Positions 38,230 to 47,284 of a DNA stretch of 64,000 nt are shown in pieces. Below the pieces are notes generated by a model. The model did no database searches. It was given only the letters and a program-made list of their open reading frames with translations, and was not told the origin of the DNA. The number at the start of each line of letters is the position of its first letter. The stretch's first letter is position 1. Location of the stretch: positions 1 through 64,000 of the IMG/VR virus record IMGVR_UViG_2934543808_000001. The stretch is one strand, 5' to 3'. Source of the DNA: a virus (taxonomy: Duplodnaviria > Caudoviricetes). The position numbers and the translations under genes were made by a program.

Positions 38230-39336
38230 TCAGGCGTCGCCGCGAGCGATGGCCTGGAGGTCGGCGAGGCTCAGTTCCGGCAGCGGGCCGTTGGCGGTCG
38301 CGCGCTGGGCGAACTCGAACGCCTCGCGCTCCCGCTCCGGCGTCGGCTCGTACTCCTCGCGCAGCGCTTCGATCGCGGGCGCCTCTTCGGTGAGGAACTG
38401 GAACCAGGCGGCGTGCGGGCCCTCGGTCTCCCAGCGCTTGCGGGCCAGGTGCAGGGCGTGCCCGGCGCTCACGGCGTCGGTGAAGCCGTACCGGGACAGT
38501 CCGGCCCCGTCGAGGCGGCGTTCCACGACGTCCCAGTCGTGCCCGGCGCGGAGCTGGGCGGTGCGCTTCACGGAGACGACGGGCATGTCGGCCCAGCGCT
38601 CCCCGGTGAACGGGGACTTCGTGGCGAAGAGGACCTGCCACCCGCCCGGGTCCTTCTCCAGCACGACGGGCGGCGTGCGGTGGGACTCCTGGCGCAGCAG
38701 GTCACGCGCTTCGGTGACCAGCTCATCCCAGCGGGACAGGCTGAGCTTCCCGGCGGTGGCGAGCCGGTCGAGGTGCGCCCACACCTTGTTGAAGCCCTCC
38801 GGGGTGGCCCACTCGTTGGGGTCGGTCTCCCAGTCGTGCTTGAGGTAGGCGCCCGGCTCCGCGCCGATGTGGTCCCAGATGTCGGCGGGGGAGAAGCGGG
38901 GGCCGCCCTCCGCGATGGTGTCCAGGGCGTTGCGCTGGTAGGCGTCCACGACCGCGAGGGAGGCCGGGTGCAGCGCGGCGAAGATCCGGGCGGCGTCCGC
39001 GTACTGCAAGGTGCGCTCCGCCGGGGACAGCTCCTTGCGGGCGGGGGACTTCTCCGGGGCGGGCGCGGGGGCGGGGCCCTGTGCCGGCTGGCGGGCCTCG
39101 GCGCGCCGCTTCAGCTCGGCGGCGACGCGCTTGCCGACGGTGGTGAGGATGCACCAGTTGAAGCCGCCGTTGCGGTTCTTCACCTCGCGGATGAGCTTCC
39201 GGCGGTGCAGGGCGTTCACGGTGCGGTCGTGGACGGTGTACGGCACGCGCCCGTCCTCGGCGGCGGCGGTGGCGAGGATCGCGTCTCGGGCGTTCTTGTT
39301 GAGGCCCTTGATGATCTCGTTGATGTACGCGGACAC
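38230..39336 (-). CDS. Hypothetical protein with N-terminal wHTH-like domain
   Basis: RTVNALHRRKLI...ILTTVGKRVA; first gene behind leader copy 3. Confidence 0.7.
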   Translation of the reverse strand: MSAYINEIIKGLNKNARDAILATAAAEDGRVPYTVHDRTVNALHRRKLIREVKNRNGGFNWCILTTVGKRVAAELKRRAEARQPAQGPAPAPAPEKSPARKELSPAERTLQYADAARIFAALHPASLAVVDAYQRNALDTIAEGGPRFSPADIWDHIGAEPGAYLKHDWETDPNEWATPEGFNKVWAHLDRLATAGKLSLSRWDELVTEARDLLRQESHRTPPVVLEKDPGGWQVLFATKSPFTGERWADMPVVSVKRTAQLRAGHDWDVVERRLDGAGLSRYGFTDAVSAGHALHLARKRWETEGPHAAWFQFLTEEAPAIEALREEYEPTPEREREAFEFAQRATANGPLPELSLADLQAIARGDA

Positions 39337-39358
39337 AGTTGTCCCCTTTGGGTTGAGT

Positions 39359-39399
39359 TCGGAGCGTTTGTTGTCCGGCTCGCTCGTGCCGTCCAACAA
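39359..39399 (-). ncRNA. Conserved leader element, copy 3
   Basis: TTGTTGgaCGGC-ACGAGCGA-GCCGgaCAACAA ACGCTCCGA. Confidence 0.8.
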
Positions 39400-39403
39400 G
39401 GAA

Positions 39404-39432
39404 AACTGTACACCATGTCCGCCGATGGTCAA
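39404..39432 (-). promoter_or_regulatory. Promoter TTGACC-N16-TACAGT overlapping the CGGACATGGTGTACA box
   Basis: -35/-10-like hexamers immediately upstream of the leader hairpin. Confidence 0.7.
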
Positions 39433-40157
39433 CAGGGAACAGCGGCCCCGACTTCACGCAGGTGAGCAGCAGCAGCGCCCCGCGCACCGTCCCGGGACGG
39501 CACGGTCGCACGCCACCCGCACGAGCACGCGGCCACCGACGAACCGTCGTACATCCACCCGCTCTTCACCCCGACCGGGCCACCCGCCCAGCTCCCCCAG
39601 CGGTCCGCCGCACGCGACCAGCCGCGCGGCTCCGACGTCCGGGTCACGTGCCGGGCCTCCGGCGCGCACAGCAGCCGCAGCGCCGCGTCCGCCACGGCGG
39701 CCACCCTGTGTGTGTCCCACTGCTCCCCCTCCAGCCGGGCCGACAGCTCCACCCCGGCGGCCGAGGTGACCGTCAGCCGGCCGTCGGGCCACACCCGCGC
39801 GGACGCCCCGGGCACGCTCCACCCCACCGACCCGTCCGACTGCCGGGGCACCCCGTTGGCGTGGTTCCGGGTCATCCGGGCGACCAGCCGCACCGACCCC
39901 GGGGCCGCGCCCGGGTTCCGGTGGTCGGCCGCGCCCGGGGCGTACTCGGCGAGCGCAGCCAGCCACGCCCCGGCGTACGGGTACGCGGCCGGGCGCAGCG
40001 TCACCAGGGCCGCCCGGTCCCGCCCGTTGCCCGCCAGGACGGCGGCCCGCACGAACTCATGGCCGGGCGCGCCGCCGTACTTCCTCAGCCGCACCGGGCC
40101 GTGCGGCGTCTCGAACTCGGTCGTCTCACGGGGGGCGAGCAGCAACAGGCCGGGCAT
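39429..40157 (-). CDS. Hypothetical protein
   Basis: GGAGG RBS; C-terminal CSCGW...H motif. Confidence 0.6.
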   Translation of the reverse strand: MPGLLLLAPRETTEFETPHGPVRLRKYGGAPGHEFVRAAVLAGNGRDRAALVTLRPAAYPYAGAWLAALAEYAPGAADHRNPGAAPGSVRLVARMTRNHANGVPRQSDGSVGWSVPGASARVWPDGRLTVTSAAGVELSARLEGEQWDTHRVAAVADAALRLLCAPEARHVTRTSEPRGWSRAADRWGSWAGGPVGVKSGWMYDGSSVAACSCGWRATVPSRDGARGAAAAHLREVGAAVPC

Positions 40158-40200
40158 GACGGTGTCCTCCAGGGCGACAGGGGTGAGCAGGGGGCGGGGG

Positions 40201-40842
40201 TCAGCAGGGCTGAGGGTGCACGCGCGCACGGGCCCGCTCCAGGACGGCGGCGCGCTGCTCCTCGGGTATGGGCAGGTAGTGAGCGGCGTAGTCGTACGGG
40301 CCGTCCCCCGGGGCCCGGAGCCGGTGAACAACGAGCGCTCCGCCCGGGTACGCGGCCGTCGGCTCGCTGATCTCGAACCGGACGCGGGTGCGGCCCATGC
40401 GGCGGACCCACACGTACGTCGTCCCGTCGTGCTCAGGCACGGCGTAGCGGGCCGGGCCGATGCTCAGCCGGTAGCGGGTGCACGCGGTTGGCACGGCCGG
40501 GTGGTCGTGCTCGCCCTTCCAGTGCCCGCACAGGGCACAGCACGGCGTGCGGGCCGGGCGCTCGCACGGCACGGCACGGAACACAGGGCCGAGGCGCCCG
40601 GGGACCATCCCGCCGATCTGCGGCCACGTGAACGTCACGGCGTCCGTGTCCGGCTCCAGGGCGGCGGCGCCCCCGCAGTGCAGCGCGGAGGCGAGCAGCG
40701 AGCGCACCAGGGCGCCGGAGACCGGGACGGCGGTGGCCGGGCGGTCGGCGTTGCTCAGGGCGTACGCGGTCCGGAAGGCGTCGAGCGGGCGGGCGATGGC
40801 GTACGGGATGGTGGGCAGTGCGACGGCAACGGCGGCGGGCAC
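40201..40842 (-). CDS. Zn-finger-like hypothetical protein (paralog of 46378-46863)
   Basis: SGALVRSLLASALHCGG and CALCGHWKGEH...ACTRY. Confidence 0.65.
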   Translation of the reverse strand: MPAAVAVALPTIPYAIARPLDAFRTAYALSNADRPATAVPVSGALVRSLLASALHCGGAAALEPDTDAVTFTWPQIGGMVPGRLGPVFRAVPCERPARTPCCALCGHWKGEHDHPAVPTACTRYRLSIGPARYAVPEHDGTTYVWVRRMGRTRVRFEISEPTAAYPGGALVVHRLRAPGDGPYDYAAHYLPIPEEQRAAVLERARARVHPQPC

Positions 40843-40904
40843 GGTGGTCTCCGTTCGGGGTTGGGCGCGGGGCGCGGCGGGCGCGCCCCGGGCCGGCTGA
40901 GGGG

Positions 40905-41414
40905 TCAGGGTTCTTCGCGGCGCAGCGTGACGCGGTGGGCTTCCTCGCGGCCCTGGTCGTACAGCTCGATCAGGCCGTCCGGGAAGTGCGTGGTGGTGGA
41001 CAGCCGGTACTCGGCGGCGCCGAGGGCGTACGCGGCCTGTCCGGCGGTGTGCGGCGCGTCGTCGGCACCCCAGACGGCCCACGGCCACATACCGCCGAGG
41101 AGGTACCGGCCGTGCGCGTCCGGCACCACGATGACCATGCGGCCCAACGCGTCGTAGTCGTCGGTCCACTGGAGCGTCAGGGTGCCGTCGGCGGCGAACG
41201 CGTAGCTCATGCACAGGTCGTCGCGGGCGACGTCGGCGGCGACCTGGGCGACGGTCTCCCTGGTGAACAGGTGCGGGGTGTCGTCGAACCACAGGGACGT
41301 GATGGGCAGTCCGACGTACGGGCCGAGTCCGGTCTCCGCGATGGTGAAGAGCTGGATGCTCAGGCGCGTTCCGTCCTCGTACGTGGCGTGCGGCATGGGC
41401 GGGATGCTGGTCAT
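40905..41414 (-). CDS. Hypothetical protein
   Basis: AAGGA RBS. Confidence 0.65.
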   Translation of the reverse strand: MTSIPPMPHATYEDGTRLSIQLFTIAETGLGPYVGLPITSLWFDDTPHLFTRETVAQVAADVARDDLCMSYAFAADGTLTLQWTDDYDALGRMVIVVPDAHGRYLLGGMWPWAVWGADDAPHTAGQAAYALGAAEYRLSTTTHFPDGLIELYDQGREEAHRVTLRREEP

Positions 41415-41510
41415 GACGTGTCGGTTCCTTCCGGATGGCGGGGAGGGTGCCAGAGGGCGGGGGCTTGCGGCCCGGGGCGCGGCGGTCACGCCCCGGGCCG
41501 GCTGCGGGAC

Positions 41511-42041
41511 TCAGCGGCGGCTCATGACGCCACGGGACGCGCGGGGCACACGGGCCACGGGCGCGGCGGCGGGGCGGGGCGCCGGTTCGGCCGGGGCGGC
41601 GCGCGCGTGCTCCGGCTCCGGCTCCTGCTGCGCGTCCCGCTCCACGGGCGGGGCGTAGCGGGTCATGATGCGGGCGATGGCGGCGGCGGCGTTCGCGTCC
41701 TCGGAGAACAGATCCCGCTCCCAGTACTCGAACGGCAGACCCCGCTTCTTCTCGTACTCGCCGAGGTACCCGAGGTCTCCCCACTCGGCGCCGAGCGGGA
41801 AGCCGGACAGGCACGTCCAGCCGTAGCCGTTCAGCGTCTCCGGGTCGATCTCGGTGACGACGATGTGGCCCCACGGGGAGTGGAAGACGATGCACGGCGC
41901 CTTGTCGGGCGCGGGGCGGGGCGTACGGGGCGCCAGGGCCCGCAGCACGCGCGCGCCCGGGTAGAAGTTGTGGCCGCGCAGCTTGCGCTGCGACTCGAAC
42001 ATCGGCATGTCGGACAGGGGGTGAAAGCGGGGGATGCGCAC
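41511..42041 (-). CDS. DUF2958-like protein
   Basis: FHSPWG...TEIDPET..GYGW...AEWG...ERDLF pattern. Confidence 0.6.
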   Translation of the reverse strand: MRIPRFHPLSDMPMFESQRKLRGHNFYPGARVLRALAPRTPRPAPDKAPCIVFHSPWGHIVVTEIDPETLNGYGWTCLSGFPLGAEWGDLGYLGEYEKKRGLPFEYWERDLFSEDANAAAAIARIMTRYAPPVERDAQQEPEPEHARAAPAEPAPRPAAAPVARVPRASRGVMSRR

Positions 42042-42099
42042 GGACGTTCCGTTCTGGGGTCGGCGGCCCGGGGCGGTCGTGCCCCGGGCCGGCTGAGGG

Positions 42100-42483
42100 T
42101 CAGCGGCGGGGCGGGATGGCGGTGAAGCCCCGGTTGGCGGCGGCTTCCTCGGCGGTCGTGCGGTCGCGGTTGCTGGTGCCGATGAGCCGGTGACCCGCGT
42201 CGGTGATCAGGTGCGAGTCCAGTCCCCAAGGGCGGTCGAGCACGACCAGGACGTCACCGTTGTCGTCGGCCCGCGCGAACCCGGGCTCGGAGTTCACGGA
42301 CTCGGCGGTGATGCCGAGCTGTCGGGCCAGGTCGGCGCGGGCGGCGGCCAGGGTGGAGCCCCGGGCGACGAACCGGCCCAGCTCCAGGCGGTAGCCGTCG
42401 CCACGCTTGAGCGGGCGGCGCACGGTGACGCCCGGCAGGGGGACGGAGACGGTTTCGACGGTGGCGGGGGCGTATCCGGTCAC
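42100..42483 (-). CDS. Hypothetical protein
   Basis: GAAAGG RBS. Confidence 0.65.
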   Translation of the reverse strand: MTGYAPATVETVSVPLPGVTVRRPLKRGDGYRLELGRFVARGSTLAAARADLARQLGITAESVNSEPGFARADDNGDVLVVLDRPWGLDSHLITDAGHRLIGTSNRDRTTAEEAAANRGFTAIPPRR

Positions 42484-42567
42484 GGCGGTGGGCGCCTTTC
42501 TGGCGAGAGGGAAGCGGGGTTGGGGCCCGGGGCGCGGGAGGGCGCGCCCCGGGCCGGCTGGGGGCCG

Positions 42568-43311
42568 TCAGGCGGCGGCGGGCACGTCGTGCGAGAGGCC
42601 GAACGTCATCTGCGCCGTGCGCTGGTCCCCATCCCAGTGGACGAACGCCATCGGTGCGCCGCTGTACCAGTGGAGCCACAGCTCCAGCACCACGCCCGCG
42701 GCGCCGTATCCGGACTGGACGGTGTCGCCGACGGCGAAGCCGTACACGCCGCGCTCGCGCTCGATCTCGTCCGGCGCGGCCAGCCGCATCACGGGGTCGG
42801 TGACGACCGGCCAGCGTCCGGCCCACGCGATCGTCAGGGCGTCGTCTTCGACGGCGGTGACGGTGCCGCGCTGGATCACGGCGCGGGGTTCGGTGCCGTG
42901 CCGGTGGTCGGAGTCGTCGGGCAGGTGGATGAAGCTGCGGACCACCCGGTCCCCGGGGCGGTACTCGGCCGTGTGGCGCCCGTACACCCCGGCGGGAACG
43001 TGCTCGCGGGGGATGACCAGCGCGACGCCGTTCGAGGGCCACACGAGGGATTCGCCTTCCAGGGCGGTGTACCCGCCGGTGCTCACCGGGAGCGCGGGGA
43101 AGGCCGCGCAGCTCTGCATGGCCCAGCGCAGCCGCGCGGGGTCGGGCGCGCCGTCGTACGCGCCGAGCACCAGGTCACCGGGGCGCACGTCCAGGTTGGG
43201 GACGATGCGCAGTTGGCTCATGTCGGTGCCGGTGGGCGGCATCTCGTAGACGCCGTTGTCGGGCCGGTCCGCGACGATCAGCGGGTAGAACGTGACGTCG
43301 GTGACGCACAT
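42568..43311 (-). CDS. Hypothetical protein (SH3-like beta segments)
   Basis: YRPGDRV and FAVGDTV motifs; behind leader copy 4. Confidence 0.65.
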   Translation of the reverse strand: MCVTDVTFYPLIVADRPDNGVYEMPPTGTDMSQLRIVPNLDVRPGDLVLGAYDGAPDPARLRWAMQSCAAFPALPVSTGGYTALEGESLVWPSNGVALVIPREHVPAGVYGRHTAEYRPGDRVVRSFIHLPDDSDHRHGTEPRAVIQRGTVTAVEDDALTIAWAGRWPVVTDPVMRLAAPDEIERERGVYGFAVGDTVQSGYGAAGVVLELWLHWYSGAPMAFVHWDGDQRTAQMTFGLSHDVPAAA

Positions 43312-43332
43312 GGGTGTCCCCTTCGGGTTGGT

Positions 43333-43397
43333 TCGGAGCGTTTGTTGGGGCGGCTCGCTCGTGCCGTCCAACAAGGAAAACTGTACACCATGTCCGC
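43333..43397 (-). ncRNA. Conserved leader element, copy 4, with upstream box (43379-43397)
   Basis: TTGTTGGaCGGC-ACGAGCGA-GCCGccCCAACAA ACGCTCCGA. Confidence 0.8.
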
Positions 43398-43443
43398 CGG
43401 TGTTCGGTAGGGACCCCGGGCGAGTCCCTACCGGGACGCAGCG

Positions 43444-43965
43444 TCAGGAGCGGGCGCGGACGGCGGCAACGTCGCCCGGGTGTCCCGCAGCCGGCCCGCA
43501 GATACGGTTGCCCATCGTGCGGCAGTCCCACCCCGACTCGTCCTCGTCCACGACCCCGTCACGGTTGTCGTCGCCGAGCGCGTCAGCCTGACCGTCCACC
43601 CACCCGTCCACCCACGCGACCGTGCCCGGGTCGTCGCCGTCGGCCCGGACGTTCGGGTACGTGGGCGTGCGCCCGTCGCCGAGATCGGCCACGCCCGCCG
43701 TCCACCCGGCGTTGTAGGTGGCCACGATGTCCACGGCCGCGCCCTGAGCCGGCCGTGGGGCGTCCGGGTCCCTGCCCGTGCAGGAGGCGAACGGGCCCGG
43801 GTCGCCGCGCCACTCGACGCCGACGGAGCACCCGGGCGTGCCGACGGTCGCCCCAGCGTTCGCGCCGTTGTAGAAGGTGGTCGCCGACGCGGCCACGAGG
43901 AGCAGGCCGGTCGCGACGGCGGCGGCCACGGCGGCGCGCGCCCGGCGGGTGAGAGAGCGGGTCAT
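43444..43965 (-). CDS. Secreted protein with an EF-hand-like DDNRDGVVDEDE loop
   Basis: Signal peptide (TRR, hydrophobic stretch, ASA); DxDxDG-type motif. Confidence 0.65.
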   Translation of the reverse strand: MTRSLTRRARAAVAAAVATGLLLVAASATTFYNGANAGATVGTPGCSVGVEWRGDPGPFASCTGRDPDAPRPAQGAAVDIVATYNAGWTAGVADLGDGRTPTYPNVRADGDDPGTVAWVDGWVDGQADALGDDNRDGVVDEDESGWDCRTMGNRICGPAAGHPGDVAAVRARS

Positions 43966-44034
43966 GACGGGGTTCTCCGATCGTGGGAAGGGCGGGGCGC
44001 GGCGGGGGTGCCGCGCCCCGGGGAGCAGCAGGGG

Positions 44035-44718
44035 CTACGCGGGGACGGCGGCGGCCGTGCGGCGGGTCAGCATCTCGGCGGCCCGCTCGCGCGCCGTGGG
44101 CAGGTCCGGCGCGGCGGGGGACAGCACCTCGTACGTGTGGGTGCGGCGGCGGTCGCCGTGCCGCGTCCAGCCGTTGACCGTGCTCCAGGCGTGACCGCGC
44201 GGGTTCCGGCAGGGGTGCGACTCCTGCCGACTCGGGTCGGTGGCCCGGGGCGCGCACACCGTGCAGTCCCACCCCAGCGCGTGAGCGTTCCCCCCGCCGT
44301 ACGTGCCGTCCGGGTTGATCACGGCCGCGATGTAGACGCGCCCGATCTCCACGGGGGCGTTCTCCGGGAGCGGCAGGCCCATAGCGCGCGCGGCGTCCAG
44401 CTCGGCGAGCGCCCGGCGGTACTCGGCGTGCGCCGCCTTCTCCCACCCCCACAAGCGCGCGTCCTCCATCACGGCCCGCGCCTCCCGGTACCGGTCCAGC
44501 GCCACGACGGGCGCCGTGACGTAGGCCAGCAGACCGGCGGGGGTGATGCACCAGCGCTCATCCGGGTCCAACACCAAGTCGCGCGGGGTGATGACGCTCC
44601 CGCACGGGCAGTGAAAGCGACCGTCCGCCCCAACGGCGAAGTGGTTCGTGCAGCACTCGGCGCAGACGATGACGGTCACGAGTTCGGGCAGTTCGGGGGC
44701 GCGGTCGATCGCGGGCAT
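44035..44718 (-). CDS. Cys-rich hypothetical protein
   Basis: CAEC, CPCG and CTVC; GGAGA RBS. Confidence 0.65.
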   Translation of the reverse strand: MPAIDRAPELPELVTVIVCAECCTNHFAVGADGRFHCPCGSVITPRDLVLDPDERWCITPAGLLAYVTAPVVALDRYREARAVMEDARLWGWEKAAHAEYRRALAELDAARAMGLPLPENAPVEIGRVYIAAVINPDGTYGGGNAHALGWDCTVCAPRATDPSRQESHPCRNPRGHAWSTVNGWTRHGDRRRTHTYEVLSPAAPDLPTARERAAEMLTRRTAAAVPA

Positions 44719-44822
44719 GGCTGATCTCCAGTCGGGGCGTAGCGGGGTGAGCGTGGGAGGGCCGGGCGGCCGGTGAGGGGGGAGTGCCGACCGCCCGGCC
44801 GGCTGAGGGGCGCAGCGGTGAG

Positions 44823-45152
44823 CTACGCGGCGGGGGCGTACTCGGCGGTGCGCTTGTAGGTGTTCAGCGCGATCTCCAGCGCCGGGTCACCCGGCTGGTA
44901 CTGGAAGACGTCCCGGAGTCGGCCGTTCACGCGGCGCTTGGTGGTCTGCGGGTCGGTGCCGCCGTGGGCCGTGCGGTACGCCTTCGCGGCGTGCTTGCCG
45001 AACGGGGAGGCGTAGCGCTTCACGAACTCCGGCTCGTAGCCCCGGGAGCGCAGGAAGGGCTTCACGGTGTGCGGCCGGTTCACGCGGCGGCGGTTGCGGA
45101 GTCGGGCGGTGAGTACGCGGCGGTGGGCGCGGCGGGTGGCGGCAGCAGACAC
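44823..45152 (-). CDS. 109-aa basic protein with N-terminal arginine-rich motif (candidate N-like RNA-binding regulator)
   Basis: MSAAATRRAHRRVLTARLRNRRR; AAAGGGG RBS; first gene of the leftward array. Confidence 0.75.
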   Translation of the reverse strand: MSAAATRRAHRRVLTARLRNRRRVNRPHTVKPFLRSRGYEPEFVKRYASPFGKHAAKAYRTAHGGTDPQTTKRRVNGRLRDVFQYQPGDPALEIALNTYKRTAEYAPAA

Positions 45153-45169
45153 AGAGGTCCCCTTTGATC

Positions 45170-45209
45170 CGGAGCGTTCGGCGTGACGGTCGCTCGTCCG
45201 TCACTGCCG
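45170..45209 (-). ncRNA. Conserved leader element, copy 5 (stem sequence replaced)
   Basis: CGGCaGTGACGG-ACGAGCGA-CCGTCACGCCG AACGCTCCG. Confidence 0.82.
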
Positions 45210-45358
45210 TTCGGTGCAAGCACCACTCTACATGACCACAGCTCGCATGTGTACACCCTGTCCGCCAAGAGTTGAGCGAGCCCGTTCCAGCTCACTCCCT
45301 ATAGAGGGGTTGAGAAGTGGGGGGTTGCGCATCGCCGGACATGGTGTACAGTTCCTCT
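45210..45358. promoter_or_regulatory. Divergent promoter region with two outward-facing CGGACAnGGTGTACA boxes (45250-45265 minus, 45336-45353 plus)
   Basis: Strand-switch point; TTGCGC-N16-TACAGT rightward and TAGAGT leftward. Confidence 0.8.
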
Positions 45359-45401
45359 TGTTGGTCGGCACGAGCGAGCCGCACCGACACCAACGCTCCG
45401 A
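45359..45401 (+). ncRNA. Conserved leader element, copy 6
   Basis: TGTTGGTCGGC-ACGAGCGA-GCCGcACCGACA cc AACGCTCCGA. Confidence 0.82.
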
Positions 45402-45423
45402 ACCCAACCCGAAGGGGACACCC

Positions 45424-46161
45424 ATGTCCGTCACCCTGGCCAAGCCCAGCGACACCGCGACCGAGAGCGAAGAGGTCGACTACATCGCCCCGGCCCGCGT
45501 GTTCATCGCGGTCGCCCAGCTCCCCGACGGCCGCGTGAGCGGCGTGGACCTCTACGCCAACGCCCCCGCCGCCGACGAAGTCCTTCCCGCCACCGTGTGG
45601 ACCGTCGCGGTCCCCGACGCGGACGACGTGTACGGCTCCGCCGCCGCCAAGGTTCTCGACCTGGCGCTCACCAGCGGCTACCGCGACACCGACGGGCACG
45701 GCTGGGCCGAGGGAGAGCGCACGGCCCGCGCCTTCCACGGCGACCACACCGACGAGCGGGCGTTCCTCCGCACCGTCGAAGCGCTGCTCATCCGCGCGGG
45801 CTACCTCGACGCGCACGCCGGCCTCGTGCACTGCCGGGGGTACGGGCTGCGCGTCGGTGACGACGACGTGGTCATGAAGTGGGCCGAAGGCTGGAAGTGG
45901 GCCGCGCTCGACTCCACCGACATGGACGGCTGGTGCTTGCAGCCCGGAGTACTCGCCCCCGCCGACGCCTCCCCCCAGCGCGTCGCCAACGCCATCATCC
46001 TCAACCTCGCCTGCCTCGGTTACCTCCCCTGGACGGACATGCGACTGCGCGACCGCGCCCGCGTCTACGTCCGCACCTTCGGATGGCGCGCCCGGCTCCA
46101 GCGCATCACCTACCGGGCCACCCGCTTCCGCCGCACCGTCCGGGCCCGCATCACCCGCTGA
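45424..46161 (+). CDS. Hypothetical protein
   Basis: GAAGGGG RBS; first gene of the rightward array. Confidence 0.7.
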   Translation: MSVTLAKPSDTATESEEVDYIAPARVFIAVAQLPDGRVSGVDLYANAPAADEVLPATVWTVAVPDADDVYGSAAAKVLDLALTSGYRDTDGHGWAEGERTARAFHGDHTDERAFLRTVEALLIRAGYLDAHAGLVHCRGYGLRVGDDDVVMKWAEGWKWAALDSTDMDGWCLQPGVLAPADASPQRVANAIILNLACLGYLPWTDMRLRDRARVYVRTFGWRARLQRITYRATRFRRTVRARITR

Positions 46162-46377
46162 ACCCCGGCTGGGGCGCACCGCACCCCCCGGTGCGCCCCA
46201 GCCGGCCCCGGGACCCCCGCGCGCGCGTGGGACGGTCTCACGGGTTCCACGAACGCCCCTTTGCGCTGGTCACAGCGTTGCCCCCTCGTCGCACGGTTGA
46301 CCCCGTTCGGGTCTCGTCCGGGGAGTCTCGGGCCCCTTCCTCTCCTTCTCCCGCCCTACCCCTTGCCTGGAGTTCTC

Positions 46378-46863
46378 GTGTTCTTCGCTGACCCCACGCC
46401 GTCCACCATCGGTGAGTTCCGTCTGTGCGACCCCCGTGAGGCGACGTTCGCCGCGTACTCGGTCGACGCGTCCCCGGTCTCGGCTGTCGTCCCCGGTATG
46501 GAGTCCCGCCCCATGTCCGGCGGTCTGCTGCGCGCCCAGTTGGTCAACGCCCGGCAGTGCGGCGGCTCCATCGTCCTGGACGACCTGAGCGGCACCGTGG
46601 CGTTCACCTACGCGTCCGGCACCTTCCACCGCATGGTGCAGGTGGCCACGCCGCTCACCTCGTCCATCCCCCTGTGCGGGACGTGCGACCAGTGGGAGAG
46701 CGAGCACCGCAACCCGAACGCGGCGGCGTGCGACCGGTTCGACGTCGATCCCCGTCCGGGCACGGCCGCGAACCCCCTGTGTCTCCGTGAGGAGTGCGGC
46801 GGCTACCCGCGTACGCACCACGGGCGCCCCTTCACGGTGGCGTGCCACTCCTTCGAGGGCTGA
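46378..46863 (+). CDS. Zn-finger-like hypothetical protein (paralog of 40201-40842)
   Basis: SGGLLRAQLVNARQCGG and CGTCDQWESEH...ACDRF. Confidence 0.65.
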   Translation: MFFADPTPSTIGEFRLCDPREATFAAYSVDASPVSAVVPGMESRPMSGGLLRAQLVNARQCGGSIVLDDLSGTVAFTYASGTFHRMVQVATPLTSSIPLCGTCDQWESEHRNPNAAACDRFDVDPRPGTAANPLCLREECGGYPRTHHGRPFTVACHSFEG

Positions 46864-46968
46864 CGGCCGGTCGTCCGGCGTGTCCGCATCGAGCCGCGGC
46901 GCCTTGGTCGCGGCCCGGTGCGGGGATGCACGAGCGCCCCGCCCGCCTATGACCCTTCGGAGGTCTGC

Positions 46969-47109
46969 ATGTCCAGCACCACCCCTGAGAACCGCGAGCG
47001 CCCCGTGACCCGGCGGGAGTTCCGCGCCGCCGTGCTCACGTTCGCCGCCGCCATGGTCGCGTGCGCCCTCGCGATCTTCTGCCTCCTGGCCCTGGAGATC
47101 ACGGGCTGA
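46969..47109 (+). CDS. Small single-TM protein, 46 aa
   Basis: GGAGG RBS; hydrophobic C-terminus. Confidence 0.6.
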   Translation: MSSTTPENRERPVTRREFRAAVLTFAAAMVACALAIFCLLALEITG

Positions 47110-47284
47110 TCCGTCCGCCGGCCGGGGCGCGCACTCCCGCCGCCCCGGCCCGTTCCTCCCGCTTCCGCTGCTCCCCGCTCTCGTCCGCGCCGCCGCCCGT
47201 CTCGGCCGTGTGCAGGACGCGCCGTAAGCGAGTCCGCCGGGCCATCATCCGCGCCCGTGAACCACTGAACCTCTGGAGTTCCCC

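Noticed and set aside
46918-46945. Intergenic GCACGAGCG inside a small hairpin
   Set aside because: The loop is incomplete and no CGCTCC follows, so it was not counted as a leader copy.
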